From assembly GCA_000004695.1 (NCBI GenBank), contig CM000151.3, positions 32,001 through 96,000 of the forward strand: a stretch of DNA of 64,000 bases, in the 5' to 3' direction. Shown here piece after piece: positions 1 to 13,918 of this stretch. The first letter of the stretch is position 1, and the number at the start of each line of letters is the position of its first letter. The notes beneath the pieces are model-generated. The model was not told where the DNA came from. It ran no database searches and was given only the letters and a program-made list of their open reading frames with translations. The stretch comes from Dictyostelium discoideum (taxonomy: Eukaryota). The position numbers and the translations under genes are program-made.

Positions 1-350
1 TCTTTTTCATTTAATAATCTTTTATTTTCAAGTTCTCTTTCAGATTTCTTTTGTTCAATTAAAACTTCCAATTCTTTAATTTCTTGTGTAATTGGATCAA
101 TTTCTTTTCTTAAACGAATGATTTCATCTGTTTTTTCATTGAAAACTCTTGTACCTTCTTCTTCCATTTGTTTCTTCTTCTTTAAACCAATTTCATAGGC
201 TTCAATAACTTGATTTTGTTTCTTTCTACTCTCTTCTCCAATTTCTTTACAATTATTTTTACATTTAACTTTTAATTGATATTCATCTGATCCATCACAA
301 CAATCTAAAAAAACCCCACAATAAAAGATTAAAAAATTATTATTAGTTTG

Positions 351-393
<43 letters not shown>

Positions 394-691
394 AATAGTT
401 ATTATTATAATTATTAATTTTTAATTATAACATTAAATATACATTACCACAAACACCATCATTTACAAAAGATGAAGAAATATAATTTCCTTTATGACCA
501 ATATTTTGACAATAAAAACGACCATTTGATGAACATGCTGAAGTTCCTGGTTCGTCTGTACCATCTGGGCAATCACAAAAATCATCATTCACTTGTGAGA
601 ATGGTATTTGTACATTTGATCTAAGACAATTAAAATATTTACCCTCTTTATAATATTCCAATTCTACAATTTTTAATTTTATTATTTATTA

Positions 692-775
<84 letters not shown>

Positions 776-971
776 TTCATTTTTATTTTTTTTTTTTTTT
801 TTGATATAATTGAAAAAAAAAAAAAAAATTAATTTCAAAATAAATAAATAAATAAAAATAAATAAATAAATAATTATTACCTTCAGGACCAACACCATAA
901 GTAGGTGAAAGGGATAAAACTTGTTGAGTTAAACAAACAAGAGTTAAACAAATATATAAAATTGATTTCAT
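1..971 (-). CDS. Glucosidase II beta subunit (PRKCSH-like), 3' part of the gene continuing past the window start; three exons in window: 881-971 (ATG + signal peptide), 448-663, 1-304
   Basis: Exon 448-663 translates to NDDFCDCPDGTDEPGTSAC...GRFYCQNIGH...SSFVNDGVCG, which joins the next exon as DCCDGSDE (the diagnostic LDLa-like motifs of GluII-beta). It is followed by K/E-rich coiled coil. Introns have GTAATA/GTAATG donors and ...TAG acceptors. The phases of all junctions were checked and agree. Confidence 0.8.
697..775. repeat. (ATT)n microsatellite, about 26 units, in a GluII-beta intron
   Basis: Direct reading of the sequence. Confidence 0.95.
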
Positions 972-1551
972 TTATTAATAAAAAAGAAAAAAAAAAAAAA
1001 AATACCTATTCCTTTATATAAATTAATATAAAAGGAAGAAGTTATTAGTTTTTAAAGTTATTAAAAATAAGTTTTTAAAATGAAACAAAAAAAAAAAAAA
1101 AAAAATTTAGAAAAAAAAACAAAAAAAATAAAAAAAAAATAAAAAAAAAAAAAACCTCATCATCATTTTTTTATTTTTTATTTTTTTTATTTTTTTTTTT
1201 TTTATTTTTTTTTATTTTTTTTATAATATCAAACAGTATTTTTATATAATATATATAATATCAACTTAGTTTTGATTGGATTTTTATTTCTTTTATTGGT
1301 TATTAATTTACTAGAATAAACAAAATTACTTATATTCCAAAAATATTTTTAATTTTTGGAAAGCTTAAAAAAAAATTAAAGTTTGGTTGATCATTTTTTT
1401 GAATGGATTTAAAAAATATAAAAAAACTTTTTGGACCTTTTTCTTATTAATTTTTTTTTATTTTTAATACAAAAAAAAAAATAAAAAAAAAAAAAAATAT
1501 ATAAATTATTTTATTTACATTGTTTATTATTACTTTTTTTTTTTTTTAAAT

Positions 1552-1657
1552 TTAATCTTTTAAACTATGACCTTTACCAGAAAATGATTTAAATTTTGTA
1601 TCTTCATTCTTTGTATTATTATTATTTGAATTATTATTATTATTATTATTATTATTA

Positions 1658-1692
<35 letters not shown>

Positions 1693-2772
1693 TGTATTTA
1701 AAGTTTTTGGACTTGTACCTAAAGGAGTACCAACCTTACCATCCAATCTTGCACCTGTACCAGCAAAAGCTTTGAATTTTGGTTCATCATCAGAATCACT
1801 ATCGCTATCGGATTCATCTTTTTTCTTTTTACCTCCAGGAATTGGTTTAGCAGATGTTGAAGCAGGTCCAAATGTTAAACCTTTTGATGGTCCACTAACA
1901 TGTGAACCTGGTGATGAAGTTGATGGTGATGTAGCTTCTTTTGAATCCATTGGTGGTGCAAAATCAACAGAAACATCTGCTTCAATAATTGAAATTGCAT
2001 TGGCTGGTTTTAATTCAACTACTTTTAAGTAATATTTTGTATTATTGTAATCAATCATAATTTCATCATCTTTTGTTAATGTTGCAAACTTTCTTAGTGA
2101 ATTCTCCAAAACTGCTTTTGGATTTGAAATATCTATAAAATTTGATGTACGTGGTTGAATTTTTACAAATGTACCTATAAAATAAATAAAATAAATAAAA
2201 TAATAATAATATTAATAAAAAAAGTAAATAAAAAATAATAATAAAAATAATAATAAAAAAAAAAAATAAATAAATAAAATACAAACCTTTTGCTAATGTC
2301 GCATTTTTAATATCAATAAATTCACCTTCTTTTAATTGAAGATTTTGCATCATCCATAATGGTAAATAACAAATACCTTCTTCTGCAATAAATTCAAGTA
2401 CACCACAATGTGATTTTTTACCACTAATTGGATTTGAAATTTCAAATAACATTGGATATTGAATATTTAACCTACTTAAGGCATTTAATGCACTTGGTGG
2501 TAATAATACTTTTTTATATATATAAAAAAAAAAAATTTTAAAAAAAAAAAATATATTATTAGTTATTTAATTTTTTAAATATATACATAATTTTATTAAT
2601 ATTAAACTATAGTTTTTAACTTACTTTTACCACCAGATTCTAAAGAATGTTTTTCTTTTGGTAAGAAACTAATTGGGAAAGCTTTAAACTTTTGTTCGTA
2701 TCTTCCTGGACCCCCATGATGATGACCCATTACTTCACCTCTTAATGATCTTACATATTCATCGAGATTCAT
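1552..2772 (-). CDS. ufd1: Ubiquitin fusion degradation protein UFD1 homolog; exons 2625-2772, 2287-2508, 1552-2174
   Basis: Spliced product [14 protein letters not shown]...[29 protein letters not shown]...[29 protein letters not shown].../TFVKIQPRT...[27 protein letters not shown] matches the UFD1 double-psi beta-barrel domain nearly motif for motif. GTAAGT/GTTTGT donors; phases consistent. C-terminus has an SDSDSD stretch and a poly-N tract. Confidence 0.85.
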
Positions 2773-2922
2773 TTTTCTATTTTTTTATTGGTATATGATA
2801 TATATGTATATAAATAATAAATATTGATTTTATTTGTATAGAAAGTAATAATGTTATTGAAGTTGTTAAAAAATTAATAAAAAAAAAAAAAAATTATAAA
2901 AATTAAAAAAAATGAAAAAATT

Positions 2923-2959
<37 letters not shown>

Positions 2960-3092
2960 TTAATTAATTTAAATTTATTTTATTTTATTTTATTTTTTTA
3001 ATTGAAATTTTTGCTTTTTTTTTTTTACTTTTTTTATTTTTTATTTAATTATTTTTGGGCACTTCCAATTCCAAAAAATAATATATAATAAA

Positions 3093-3446
3093 ATGTTACC
3101 TCGTTCACTCAAATTAATCAAAAAAGTTGGAGAATCAAATGGATTAAGAAATTTTGGGTCACAATCAAATTCATATACTCTTCCAGATTTACCATATGAT
3201 TATGGTGCTCTTTCACCAGTCATCAGTCCAGAAATTATGACTCTTCATCATAAGAAACATCATCAAACTTATGTAAATAATCTTAATATCGCTTTAGATA
3301 AATTATCTTCTGCTTCTGTATGTATTAAAATTTTAGATTATCTTTTTTTTTTTTTTTTTTTTTTATAAAAAATTAAAAACAAAAAAAAAAAAAAACAAAA
3401 AAAAAAAAAAAAAAAAAAATTGTAAATAGAGTGTATTAATATTAAG

Positions 3447-3490
<44 letters not shown>

Positions 3491-4256
3491 AGCAAAAGAT
3501 GTTGCTCAAATGATTGCTCTCCAAAGTGCAATTAAATTCAATGGTGGTGGTCACGTAAATCACTCTATCTTTTGGACTAATTTAGCACCAAAAAATCAAG
3601 ATGGTGGTGTTGCACCAAGTGGTCCATTGGCTGATGCTATTAATAAACAATATGGGTATGTTATAAAAATTAATTTGGAAAAAGAAAAAAAAAAAGTTCT
3701 AATTATTTTTTTTTATTTTATTAATAAAGATCAATTGAAAAATTAATTGAAAAAATGTCAGCTGAAACTACTGCAATTCAAGGTTCTGGTTGGGGTTGGT
3801 TAGGTTATGATAAAGCCAATGATCGTCTCGTTATTCAAACTCAACAAAACCAAGATCCACTTTCAGTTTCTGGTTATGTTCCTTTATTAGGTATTGATGT
3901 TTGGGAACATGCTTATTATCTTGATGTATGTATTTTTTATTTATTCTTCTTTTAATAATTTTTTTTAAAAATTATTTTATTATTATTATTTTTTAAAAAT
4001 TTTTATTGTTTTTATTTTATTGGAATTTAAAATCTTAAGATTTTGTCAGTTGTTTTTTTTTTTTTTTTTAAAAATTGGATGGATAATTTATTTTTTTTAT
4101 TTTATTTTTTTTACAAATTCCATTTGACATTTACTAATTTTTTTTTTTTTTAATCAAATTTAGTATAAAAATGTTAGAGCAGACTATGTTAAAAACATTT
4201 GGCAAATTGTTAATTGGAAGAATGTTGCTGAAAGATATAACACTGCCAAAAAATAA
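3093..4256 (+). CDS. sod2: Mitochondrial manganese superoxide dismutase; exons 3093-3317, 3489-3655, 3730-3925, 4164-4256
   Basis: Matches to Mn-SOD: [94 protein letters not shown]...[10 protein letters not shown]-terminal presequence [12 protein letters not shown]. Three introns with GTATGT donors; phases consistent. Confidence 0.9.
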
Positions 4257-5150
4257 ATCATTTGTTTAAAATAGAATCAAAAAAATAAAAAAAAATAAAA
4301 AAAAAAACATTTTATTTATTTTTTTTTTATTAATTTTTTTTTTTATTTTTTTTTATTTATTTTTTTAATTTTTTATTTTTTTTTATTTTTTATTTTTTTT
4401 TCCCTTTTTTTTTTTCTTTTTTTTTTTTAATTAAAATTTTTTTTCTTTTAAGTTAAGATTATACATATACCACACATACACACACACACATACATATAGA
4501 TAAAAAAAAAAAATTGAGTTTTTTTTTTCCTATTTATTTATTTAATTAAATTTTAATTTTATTTTTTTATTTTATTACCTTTTTTTCTTTTTTTTTTTTT
4601 GGTTATTTATTTATTTATTTATTTTAATTTTTTTTTATATTATTTTTTCATCTAAAACCCATTTTAAATTAATAATTTAAAAAAAAAAATAAAATATTTA
4701 AAAATATAATAATAATTTAAAAAAAAAAAAAAAAAAAAAACACTTTTTCATTCAAACCAACTAACAATAAAGTTTTTTTAGTTTTTAAGAATAAAATTTG
4801 TTATTTATATATATAAAAAAAAAAAAAAAAAAAATCGATCATAGAATTTAATTTAAATCATATATGGAACCAACCAATTTATAAAAAAAAAAAAAAAAAT
4901 TAATAATTTAATAATAATAATAATCCATACAGTGTTTTTTTTTTTTTCTGCCAAAAGTATATTTTTTTTTATTTTTTTTTTTTAATTTTAACAAACCAAC
5001 CATTGATAAAAATTCCAACCCATTTGTGCAATTTTCTTGTAAATATTGTTTTTACAAGATTTTAAAATCCAATCATCATTTTTTTTCATTTTTTTTCAAT
5101 TTTTTTTTTTTTTTTTTTTAATAATATTAAAAAAAAAATAAACACTTAAA

Positions 5151-5618
5151 ATGTCAAGTAATAATTTTAATAGAGAAGATAATAATAATAAAAATAATAA
5201 TAATAAAAATAAAAATGATGAAAATAATAATAATAATGAAGAAAGAATGGTACCACTACATCCAAAAAAAAGACAATTTGAAGACATTGATAGTATTTTC
5301 AATCTTGTAAATAATAGTGACAGAGAATTAAAAAATAATGGGAATGAAGAAATGAGAAAAAAATTAAAGTTATCAATAGACCATATCACTGATAATAAGG
5401 AGATAAAAGATGCAATTTCTCAATTCAAACAGATAACAGAGTTTGAATTGAAAAAACTCTGTGATGATGGTCTTGATAAAAGATCTGCTGTAAATAAATT
5501 GTTTATTAAATTACAATTACCTGATACTGATTTAAGTAAAAGTATTGGTTGTGAAAGTAATCTTAATAATAGTATTGTAAATAATAATTCAAATAATAAT
5601 TCAAATAATAATAATAAT

Positions 5619-5667
<49 letters not shown>

Positions 5668-5900
5668 TTAATAATGTAACAAGTATCTTGAAAAATAATA
5701 ATAATAATAGTAATGATTATGTTTTTAATGAGGATGATACAGAACAAATCAATTTGATTATGGAATTTAGTGGTGTGTCTAAAGAAGAAGCGAAACGAAT
5801 TTTAACATTAAAAAAAGAAATTGTACATTTAAGAACCATTGGTTATAATCAACAAAATACTATTCAAGAGTTATCAAGAAGAGTTTCAAATAATTCATCA

Positions 5901-5955
<55 letters not shown>

Positions 5956-5984
5956 TTTTTAATGATACTATTAATAGTAATATC

Positions 5985-6039
<55 letters not shown>

Positions 6040-7100
6040 TTCATATTCAACAAATTAATAATGAAAATATAAATAATTTCAGTAATTTAAAATTGGATAA
6101 TAGATTAAAAAGAAATCTAGATGACATACAGCAATCATTTGAATTAGGTTTAAATAAAAAAATAAAAACAAATAGTGACGACGACGACGAAGACGATGAT
6201 GATGACGAATCAAATTATTTAAATAAAAATAAAAATAATTTACTAAACAATCATAAAACAATCGATTCTGATAGATCAGAATCTGATGATTTTAATTTTC
6301 AAAATAGTAATCAATATGTTTATAACAACAATAATAATAATAATAGTGATGACGATGAGACACCAAAAACAACAACCACTACTACAACAACAACTACTAC
6401 AACAACTACAACATCTTCCAATATTTTAAGAGAATTAATTAATAGTCAAGATTCTGATGAATCTGATGGTGAATCTCAAAATGAAACAACTCATCAACAA
6501 GAGTCTGATGAAGAAATTGAAAATAATGATGGACAAAAACAAATATCCATGAGTAGATGGATTAGAGCTTCTCAATCATTTTTCCAATTCAATGAATCAA
6601 ATCGTCGTCAGTCAATTAAAAATAAATTTAATAGTGATGATGAAGATGATGAGAGTGAAGATGATTATAGTAACAATAACAATAACAATCATGCCAATTT
6701 TAATTTCAATGATAGAGAGGAAGATGATGAGGACGAAAATGATTTTGATAATTCAGATTATGACGATAACGATAATACTCTTAACTCTAAAAAGCTTTAC
6801 AACAAAAACAACAAAACAATTAATGGGTACCAAGAATCAGAGGAAGATATCATCTATGGTCAAAATAATAATGAATATCAAGATGATGATGAAGAAGAAC
6901 AAGAAGAACAAGAAGAACAAGATGAAGAGGAGGAAGATCAAGACTGTAACTCCATATTTAAAGCAGGAGATATCTCTTTGGAAAGTTTTGACGATTACCA
7001 AAGAAATATAGATCTAAAGTTAAAATCTTTTAAAGGAGCAAAGAAAAATTCTTCAACTTCTCCAAATCAATTTAAAAACTTTAGATTTGAAAAAGTTTAA
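5151..7100 (+). CDS. Hypothetical low-complexity protein (649 aa), poly-Asn, poly-Thr, Asp/Glu-rich acidic tail
   Basis: Single long ORF from ATG 5151. It contains (AAT)n and (ACA/ACT)n coding repeats and DDDDEDDDDDE/EEEQEEQEEQDEEEEDQD acidic blocks. Short non-repetitive islands (DHITDNKEIKDAISQFKQITEFELKKL; EQINLIMEFSGVSKEEAKRIL) give no confident domain call. Confidence 0.5.
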
Positions 7101-7225
7101 AAATAAAAATAATCATAAAAATACAATAAAAATAATATAAAAAAAAAACATAATAAATAAATAAATAATATTAAAATAATAAACAGATTTTACATTTTCT
7201 TTGTTTTTTCTTTTTTTTTTTTTTC

Positions 7226-7256
<31 letters not shown>

Positions 7257-7515
7257 CTTAAATTAAAACAAAATTACTAAAATTTAATAAGATTTCTTTA
7301 AATTACTAATATTTTTAAAAAATAAAAATAAAAATAATTTTTTATTTTATTTTCACACTCAAAAATATAAAAATAAAAACGCTAAACTGTATTTAACAAA
7401 ACTTTCTATTTTTTAAGTCGTGTATAACTTAAAAAAAAAAAAATTTAAAGTTTATTGAGTTCGGGATGAATTTATAAAATTTTTTTTTTTTTCTTTTCTT
7501 TTAATTTATTAATAA

Positions 7516-8399
7516 ATGAAAATTGAAAATCATTCAAAAAGAATAATAGGTAATTAAAAATAAAATAATATAAAAAATTAGATAATATAATTAACTCTTT
7601 TTTTTTTTTTTTTTTTTTAGCTTTTTCTCTATTGTTATTTTTGGCTACCCAAATAAATTTAGCTAAAACTTGTAAAACTTGTAATGAAAATAAAAAAAAC
7701 TGTGAAGATTATAGGATTTTAGATGATTTAGTGCACCAAATTAACAGAATAGAAATAATTATTTCATCTCAATCTCCAACAAATGAAGGAGTTACAAATA
7801 TTGAAGGCTTCATTCCATTGGTTACACCATTGGCTGAGAATGCTTATGAATTGAATTCAGTATTTAAAACTTTACAATCTTTATTTTCAAGATATTCTGA
7901 TGATAATGATGATGGTGGTGGTGGTATAGGTAGAAAACAACTCAATTTAGATAGTATCTTTATATTTTATCAAATTCAGTCGTACTTTTATACAGATAGA
8001 TCTGAAACTTTTAAAATTTTTAGAAATACTTTACAACAAATTGAAATTAATATTTCAAATCAATGGGATATCATTAATGAAATGTCAAATTCTCTAAATT
8101 CAAATTTAAATTTCTCAACACTTAGAAGGCAATTATTAACAAGATCTATTGAACTATTTGGAAGAATTTTACAGTCATTAGGTAATATAGTTGGTATTAT
8201 TTCAAATATTTTAACCATTCAGAGAATGTCTACAGTAACAACAACGACAACTACTACAACTACAACTACAACCACAACAACACCAACACCACCGAACCAA
8301 TCATCTCTTGAGTCATTATTAGGCTTGATTTATAATAATAATAATAATAATAATCCAACAACACCAGGTTCACAATATTCAATCCAAAATAATACTTTT

Positions 8400-8487
<88 letters not shown>

Positions 8488-8537
8488 GTAGTAATAATAA
8501 TAGTAGTAATAACAATAATAGTAATAATAATAATTAA
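7516..8537 (+). CDS. Hypothetical protein with a possible signal peptide; proposed exons 7516-7549 and 7621-8537
   Basis: ORF 7632-8537 has no ATG of its own. An upstream ATGAAAATTGAAAATCATTCAAAAAGAATAATAG|GTAATT ... TTTTTTTTAG|CTTTTTC splice gives MKIENHSKRIIAFSLLLFLATQINLA followed by the Cys-containing CKTCNENKKNCEDY. The phases agree. The protein ends in Thr17 and long poly-Asn tracts. Confidence 0.4.
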
Positions 8538-8753
8538 TTTGATTAAAAGTTTTTTTGAAAATTCTACAAATTATAATAAGATTTTTTTTTTATTTTTTAA
8601 ATTCTTTTTATTTATACTTTGAAAAATCAATTGTTCTACGTCATTCTTTTGGTTTGATTTTTTTTTTAGATATTTTAAAAATATCTATTTTGATTTTTAT
8701 TTTTTATTTTTTTATTTTTTATTTTTTTATTTTTTTTGATTTTATTTTTCCAA

Positions 8754-8784
<31 letters not shown>

Positions 8785-8823
8785 TTTTTCTTAAAAATAA
8801 TTATTATATAACATAAGAATAAA

Positions 8824-10647
8824 ATGAATAAATTAAAATCAAATTTTATTTTAAATATTGTTATTTTATTTACAATTTTAATATTTAATATTAATTTTAT
8901 AAATTGTGAAAATCAAAAACAACAACAACACCAACAACAACAACAACAACAACAACAACAGTCATCATCAACAACAACAACATTACCAATTTATTCAATT
9001 AAATTTTCAAGTGAAACAGGATTTACAATTTATTCAGGAAATGATTCAACATCAATTGCACAAAGTGGATTTAGTAATGAAATGATGACAATGGGATGGG
9101 CATATTTAACGATTACAACCAATTCACAATTTGAAGATTCATTACAAGCAGAAGCAGCAGGTTATATTGAAGGTTATTTAACATTTGAAATGATTTGGCA
9201 ATGTTGGTATAATATTTTAGTTAATGAATATCAAAATCAAACTATACCAAATCAAGTTTTAAATTGGGCAAATGAAAATATTGCCTATATGAAACAACAA
9301 GTTGCAACCAATGAAAATGATCCATATTGGATTAACATTGGATTAGTATTAACTCAATTATCTGGTATGGTAGATGGTTATAATGCTGCAAATCAAGACC
9401 CATCACGTCAATTATCATTTTTAGATTTCATTTTAATTAATATGGATGCTGATTTAGGTGATATCAGTAGTACTTTTAATCAATCTACTTCATTTTCTGA
9501 AATTTCAAATTTTAAAAAATCAATGGATCATATTAAAAAAACTGATCATTGTTCTGGTTTAATTAAATTAACTGATGATTTAACTGAGTTATATTCTGGT
9601 AAGTTATAAAAAAAAAAAAAAAAAAATAAAAAAAAAAAAAAAAAAAATTATAATAATTTATTAATAAATAATTTTATTTTTTTTTATTTATTTTTTAATA
9701 AAGCACATACATCATGGAGTAGTTATATTAATATGTTAAGAATTTTTAAATCATATAATTTTAAATTTTCAAGTATTACAAATATAAAATCAAAATTAAC
9801 ATTATTTTCAGGATATCCAGCAACAATAGCAAGTTTAGATGATTTTTATTTATTAGATACAAAATTAGTAGTATTAGAAACAACAAATGGGTTAAATAAT
9901 AATGATTTATATTATTTAATTAAACCTGAGTCAGTATTAACTTGGATGAGAGTTATCATTGCAAATCGTTTAGCAAATGGTGGTCAATCATGGTGTGAAA
10001 CATTTGAAAGGGAAAATAGTGGTACCTATAATAATCAATGGATGATAGTTGATTATAATAAATTTGTACCAGGTGTAAAAGTACGTGATGGTACATTATT
10101 CGTATTGGAACAAGTACCAGGTTATATCGAATTCGCTGATGTTACTAATGTATTACGTACTGGTTATTGGCCAAGTTATAATATTCCTTATTTTGAAACT
10201 ATTTTCAATATGTCTGGTTTCAATGACGAATTAACCGATTCAAGTGATTATGAAGCTTATGAAGAGGACGCTCGTTCACAAATCTTTAGACGTGATGCAA
10301 ATAAAGTTTATTCTTTAACTGATTTTCAAGCAATAATGAGATATAACAACTTTCAAAATGATCCATTATCTCATGGTGATGCTGCTAATCAAATCTCTTC
10401 AAGATTTGATTTAAATTCACCAGATTCACAAGATTATGATGCTTTTGGTGGTGTGGATAGTAAAGTTACCTCATTCTCATTGGTTAATCAATTATTGGTA
10501 ATAGCTCAATCTGGTCCAACTCATGATCAAGAACCACCTTTCCAATGGTCTTCTGCTAATTGGTCAAATATATATCCTTCAATTGGTATGCCGAATCTTT
10601 ATGATTTTGGTTGGGTAAATTTTACTGATATATCTTATAATTATTAA
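8824..10647 (+). CDS. Phospholipase B-like (LAMA/PLB family) secreted protein; exons about 8824-9598 and 9704-10647
   Basis: N-terminal signal peptide (NIVILFTILIFNINFINC). Conserved PLB-like blocks: AQSGFSNEMMTMGWAYLTITTN, EAAGYIEGYLTFEMIWQ, SGMVDGYN; second exon GYPATIASLDDFYLLD...LVVLETTNG...NQWMIVDYNKF. GTAAGT donor near 9600 and AATAAAG acceptor near 9703. The junction could not be placed to the base, with about 2 nt of uncertainty. Confidence 0.75.
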
Positions 10648-10838
10648 TTTAATAAAGAATTTATTTATTTTATTTTATTTTATTTTTTTTCTAATCAATT
10701 TTATTTTAATAATATTAATAATTTTTAAAATTTTAATTTTTTTTTTTAAATTTTATTTCTATTATCTATTTTCTATAAAATTTTTTTATTTTCATTTTTT
10801 AAAACAATTAAAATTATTAATTTGATTTGATTTAATTG

Positions 10839-10956
10839 TTTATTTTTTTTTATTTTTAACTTTTATAAATTTCTCAAAACTAAATTTAGTTTTAATTTTA
10901 AATTTATGTTTATTTTTTTTTATTTTTAACTTTTATAAATTTCTCTAAAACTAAAT
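10839..10956. repeat. Two near-identical about 48-bp direct repeat copies (10839-10886 and 10908-10956) with a 21-bp spacer
   Basis: gtttatttttttttatttttaacttttataaatttctc[a/t]aaaactaaat occurs twice with a single mismatch. Confidence 0.85.
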
Positions 10957-11203
10957 GTTTTAAAGAATTTTGGAAAAACCACCCTTTTTTAAAAAAATTG
11001 GTTTTTTTATATATATAAAATGTTTAATTTTTACTAATTATTAAATCCCTTTTTTTTTTTTTTTTTAAATTAAAAAGTTAATAGTTTTAAAAAATAAAAC
11101 AATATTGTTTATTTTTGAAATCCATTTTTGATTTTATCTAATTTTAATTATAAACATTATATTATATAATTTAATATTATATACACACATATATATAATA
11201 ATA

Positions 11204-11246
<43 letters not shown>

Positions 11247-11253
11247 TTTTTTT

Positions 11254-11255
<2 letters not shown>

Positions 11256-11336
<81 letters not shown>

Positions 11337-11338
11337 TC
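11256..11338. repeat. (TTTA)n microsatellite, about 20 units
   Basis: Direct reading. Confidence 0.95.
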
Positions 11339-11459
11339 TATCTAATAATAGTAAATAAAATATTGCTAATTTTAAATTTATGACCAAGGAACAATGCTAT
11401 TGAATATTTATCTGCTATTATTATTTTTATTTTTATTTGTGTAGTTTTTTTTTTTTTTA

Positions 11460-11723
11460 TTACTTTTTGAAATTATCAATATGATATGATTTTATTAATG
11501 AATGATCTTCATCATTATTTGGTAATAGCAATGCTTCATCGAATTCTTTTCTTGTTAAACTTGTATAAACAAAAAGATTCTCAGCTATATGAATATAGTC
11601 ATTCTTGACAGCTATTGAGAGTAATTCTTTTAAATGTTTAATTATAATTTTCTTTTCAGAGAAGAGATAACAATGATTTAAATTTAAATAATTAAATATT
11701 AAAAGATTACCATTTGAAATCAC
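11460..11723 (-). CDS. Orphan ORF fragment (87 aa) with upstream splice-acceptor-like sequence; probably a terminal exon of a poorly supported gene lying between two long (ATT)n arrays
   Basis: Open frame MISNGNLLIFNYLNLNHCYLFSEKK...SYHIDNFKK; the frame stays open upstream to a TTGTAG acceptor-like site near 11745. On the minus strand the flanking (ATT)n blocks read as poly-Asn. No full gene model could be assembled. Confidence 0.2.
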   Translation of the reverse strand: MISNGNLLIFNYLNLNHCYLFSEKKIIIKHLKELLSIAVKNDYIHIAENLFVYTSLTRKEFDEALLLPNNDEDHSLIKSYHIDNFKK

Positions 11724-11963
11724 CTCTTTTAAAATGTTATTAAATCTACCATTTCTACAATAGAATATTTTAATAATCTTTCAATGAATGTTAATGAAAT
11801 ATGTGGAAAACTCCTTTTAATGAAAGTATTAATTGCTTCTTCTTTTAAATTATTAATTTAAAAATATCATCAATACGATTTGAATTATATAATAGATTAA
11901 TTAAATAAAATTGATGTATTCTAATTTTAATTATTCCATTATCATCTTTATTACCACTACCAC

Positions 11964-12108
<145 letters not shown>

Positions 12109-12351
12109 GCTTTTATATTTTCTTTTAAAATTTGGTAACTTAATATAAATTTTATTTATTCTTTAACCATTATCATCAATAAAATTGATTTTTGATAAAT
12201 CTGAAATGCAATTACCTGAAATCCATTTAGAAATGATAAATGAGTTTTTAGAAAAATCTTGATTCAGATCTGTTTTGATATTTTTAAAAAAATTTGTTTC
12301 CATTAATGATATAAAATCCATATCAGGAATACCTTTGGGACTGAAAGTTAA

Positions 12352-12464
<113 letters not shown>

Positions 12465-13086
12465 ATTATTAATATTATTAATAAATGATTTAAATGGTAA
12501 TATATCTGAAGCATTGATATTATCTAAAAAATATTGTATAACGAACTACGTTGTTCATGGTGATATTTTAATCCTTAATACCTTCGTAAGACAAACATAT
12601 TTTATAATTTGATTTTTTATTAAAATTATTTATTTTTTTTATTTTTTTGGACTTAATTTAACATCTTGAGAATATCAAGTCTTGGGAGAAAAAAAAAAAA
12701 TTATAATTAAAAACATTAAAATTTGAATTTTTTTTTTTTTTTTTATAAAATTTTGATATAATTTTATTTTTAATATGAATTTAGTATAGATAAAGAGAAA
12801 TATAGATAAAGAGAAAACTATTTCAAAAATACATAAAATGCTTTAAATATAGAAAATGTAGATTATTATTTTTTTTTTTTTTTTTTTTTTTGGAAACATT
12901 AATATTTTAATTTTATTTATTAAAAAAAAAAAAACAAACTACACCTAAATGATTTGGTAAAAATTATAATTTTTATTATTATTTATTTTAAAAAAATTAA
13001 AAAAAAAATTAAAAAAAAAAACCCAAAAAAAATTTGAATATTTTTTTTTTTTTTTTTTTTTCAGATACCTGCAAGTTCTTTAAAAA

Positions 13087-13883
13087 ATGGGAGTACAAGG
13101 ATTTTCAACATTTATAAAGAAAAAAACACCAAAGGTAGGTGTTATTGTTGATTTGTTACATGAATCAAAGAAAAAAGGTAAATACAAACAAAATTTTTTA
13201 TTTTTTTATTTTTTTGTTTTTTATTTTTTTTTTATTTTTTTTTTTTATTAATATATAAAGATTAATTTAAATTATTTTTTTTTATTATTAATAATAATAA
13301 TAAAGATATTTTAATTGGAATTGATGGATCATCATTTATATTTTACGTTGCAAATCAAATTTCAAAAATGAATTCATTAATATTATTTAGAAATTATATA
13401 ATTGAATTTTTTAAAGTTTTAAAAGAAAATAATATACAATGTTGTGTATTTGTTGATGGATTTAATGCATATGATAAAGTGAATGAACATGAAAAAAGAT
13501 ATATACAACGTACGGAACTTTATAGAAAATGTGCAGATCAAGCATTACATGATGTAGAATGTAAACAGATTTCACATTATCAATTCCCACATCCATTATT
13601 TTCAAAAGAATTTACAAGTATTTTAAAAGAAATCAATGTACCAGTGTTTGTATCTAAATTTGAAGCTGATAAAGATTTAGCTCAATGGGCATTAGATAAT
13701 CAAAGTGATAATCTTTTAGGTATATTTTCAAATGATTCAGATTTCTTTTTCTTTGATACAAAGTGTTATTATTTCCCTTTAGATCAATTATCATTTAATC
13801 AAAATTCAATTACAATGGTTGGTTATACAATTGATAAAATTTCAAATTCATTATCAATTAAAAAAAATGTTTGTATCATTATT

Positions 13884-13918
<35 letters not shown>

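Noticed and set aside
1658-2032. 124-aa plus-strand ORF antisense to UFD1 exon 3
   Set aside because: It begins with a poly-Leu run read off the antisense of the (AAT)n Asn-codon tract. The UFD1 frame on the other strand is strongly homology-supported, so this is an antisense artefact.
5839-6072. poly-Ile ORF inside the 5151-7100 gene
   Set aside because: An alternative-frame reading of the (AAT)n coding repeat; it has no ATG context and no complexity.
8555-8794. 79-aa poly-Phe ORF
   Set aside because: A translation of a T-rich spacer (TTT codons). Only alternative start codons are available, and it lies in the 3' flank of the preceding gene.
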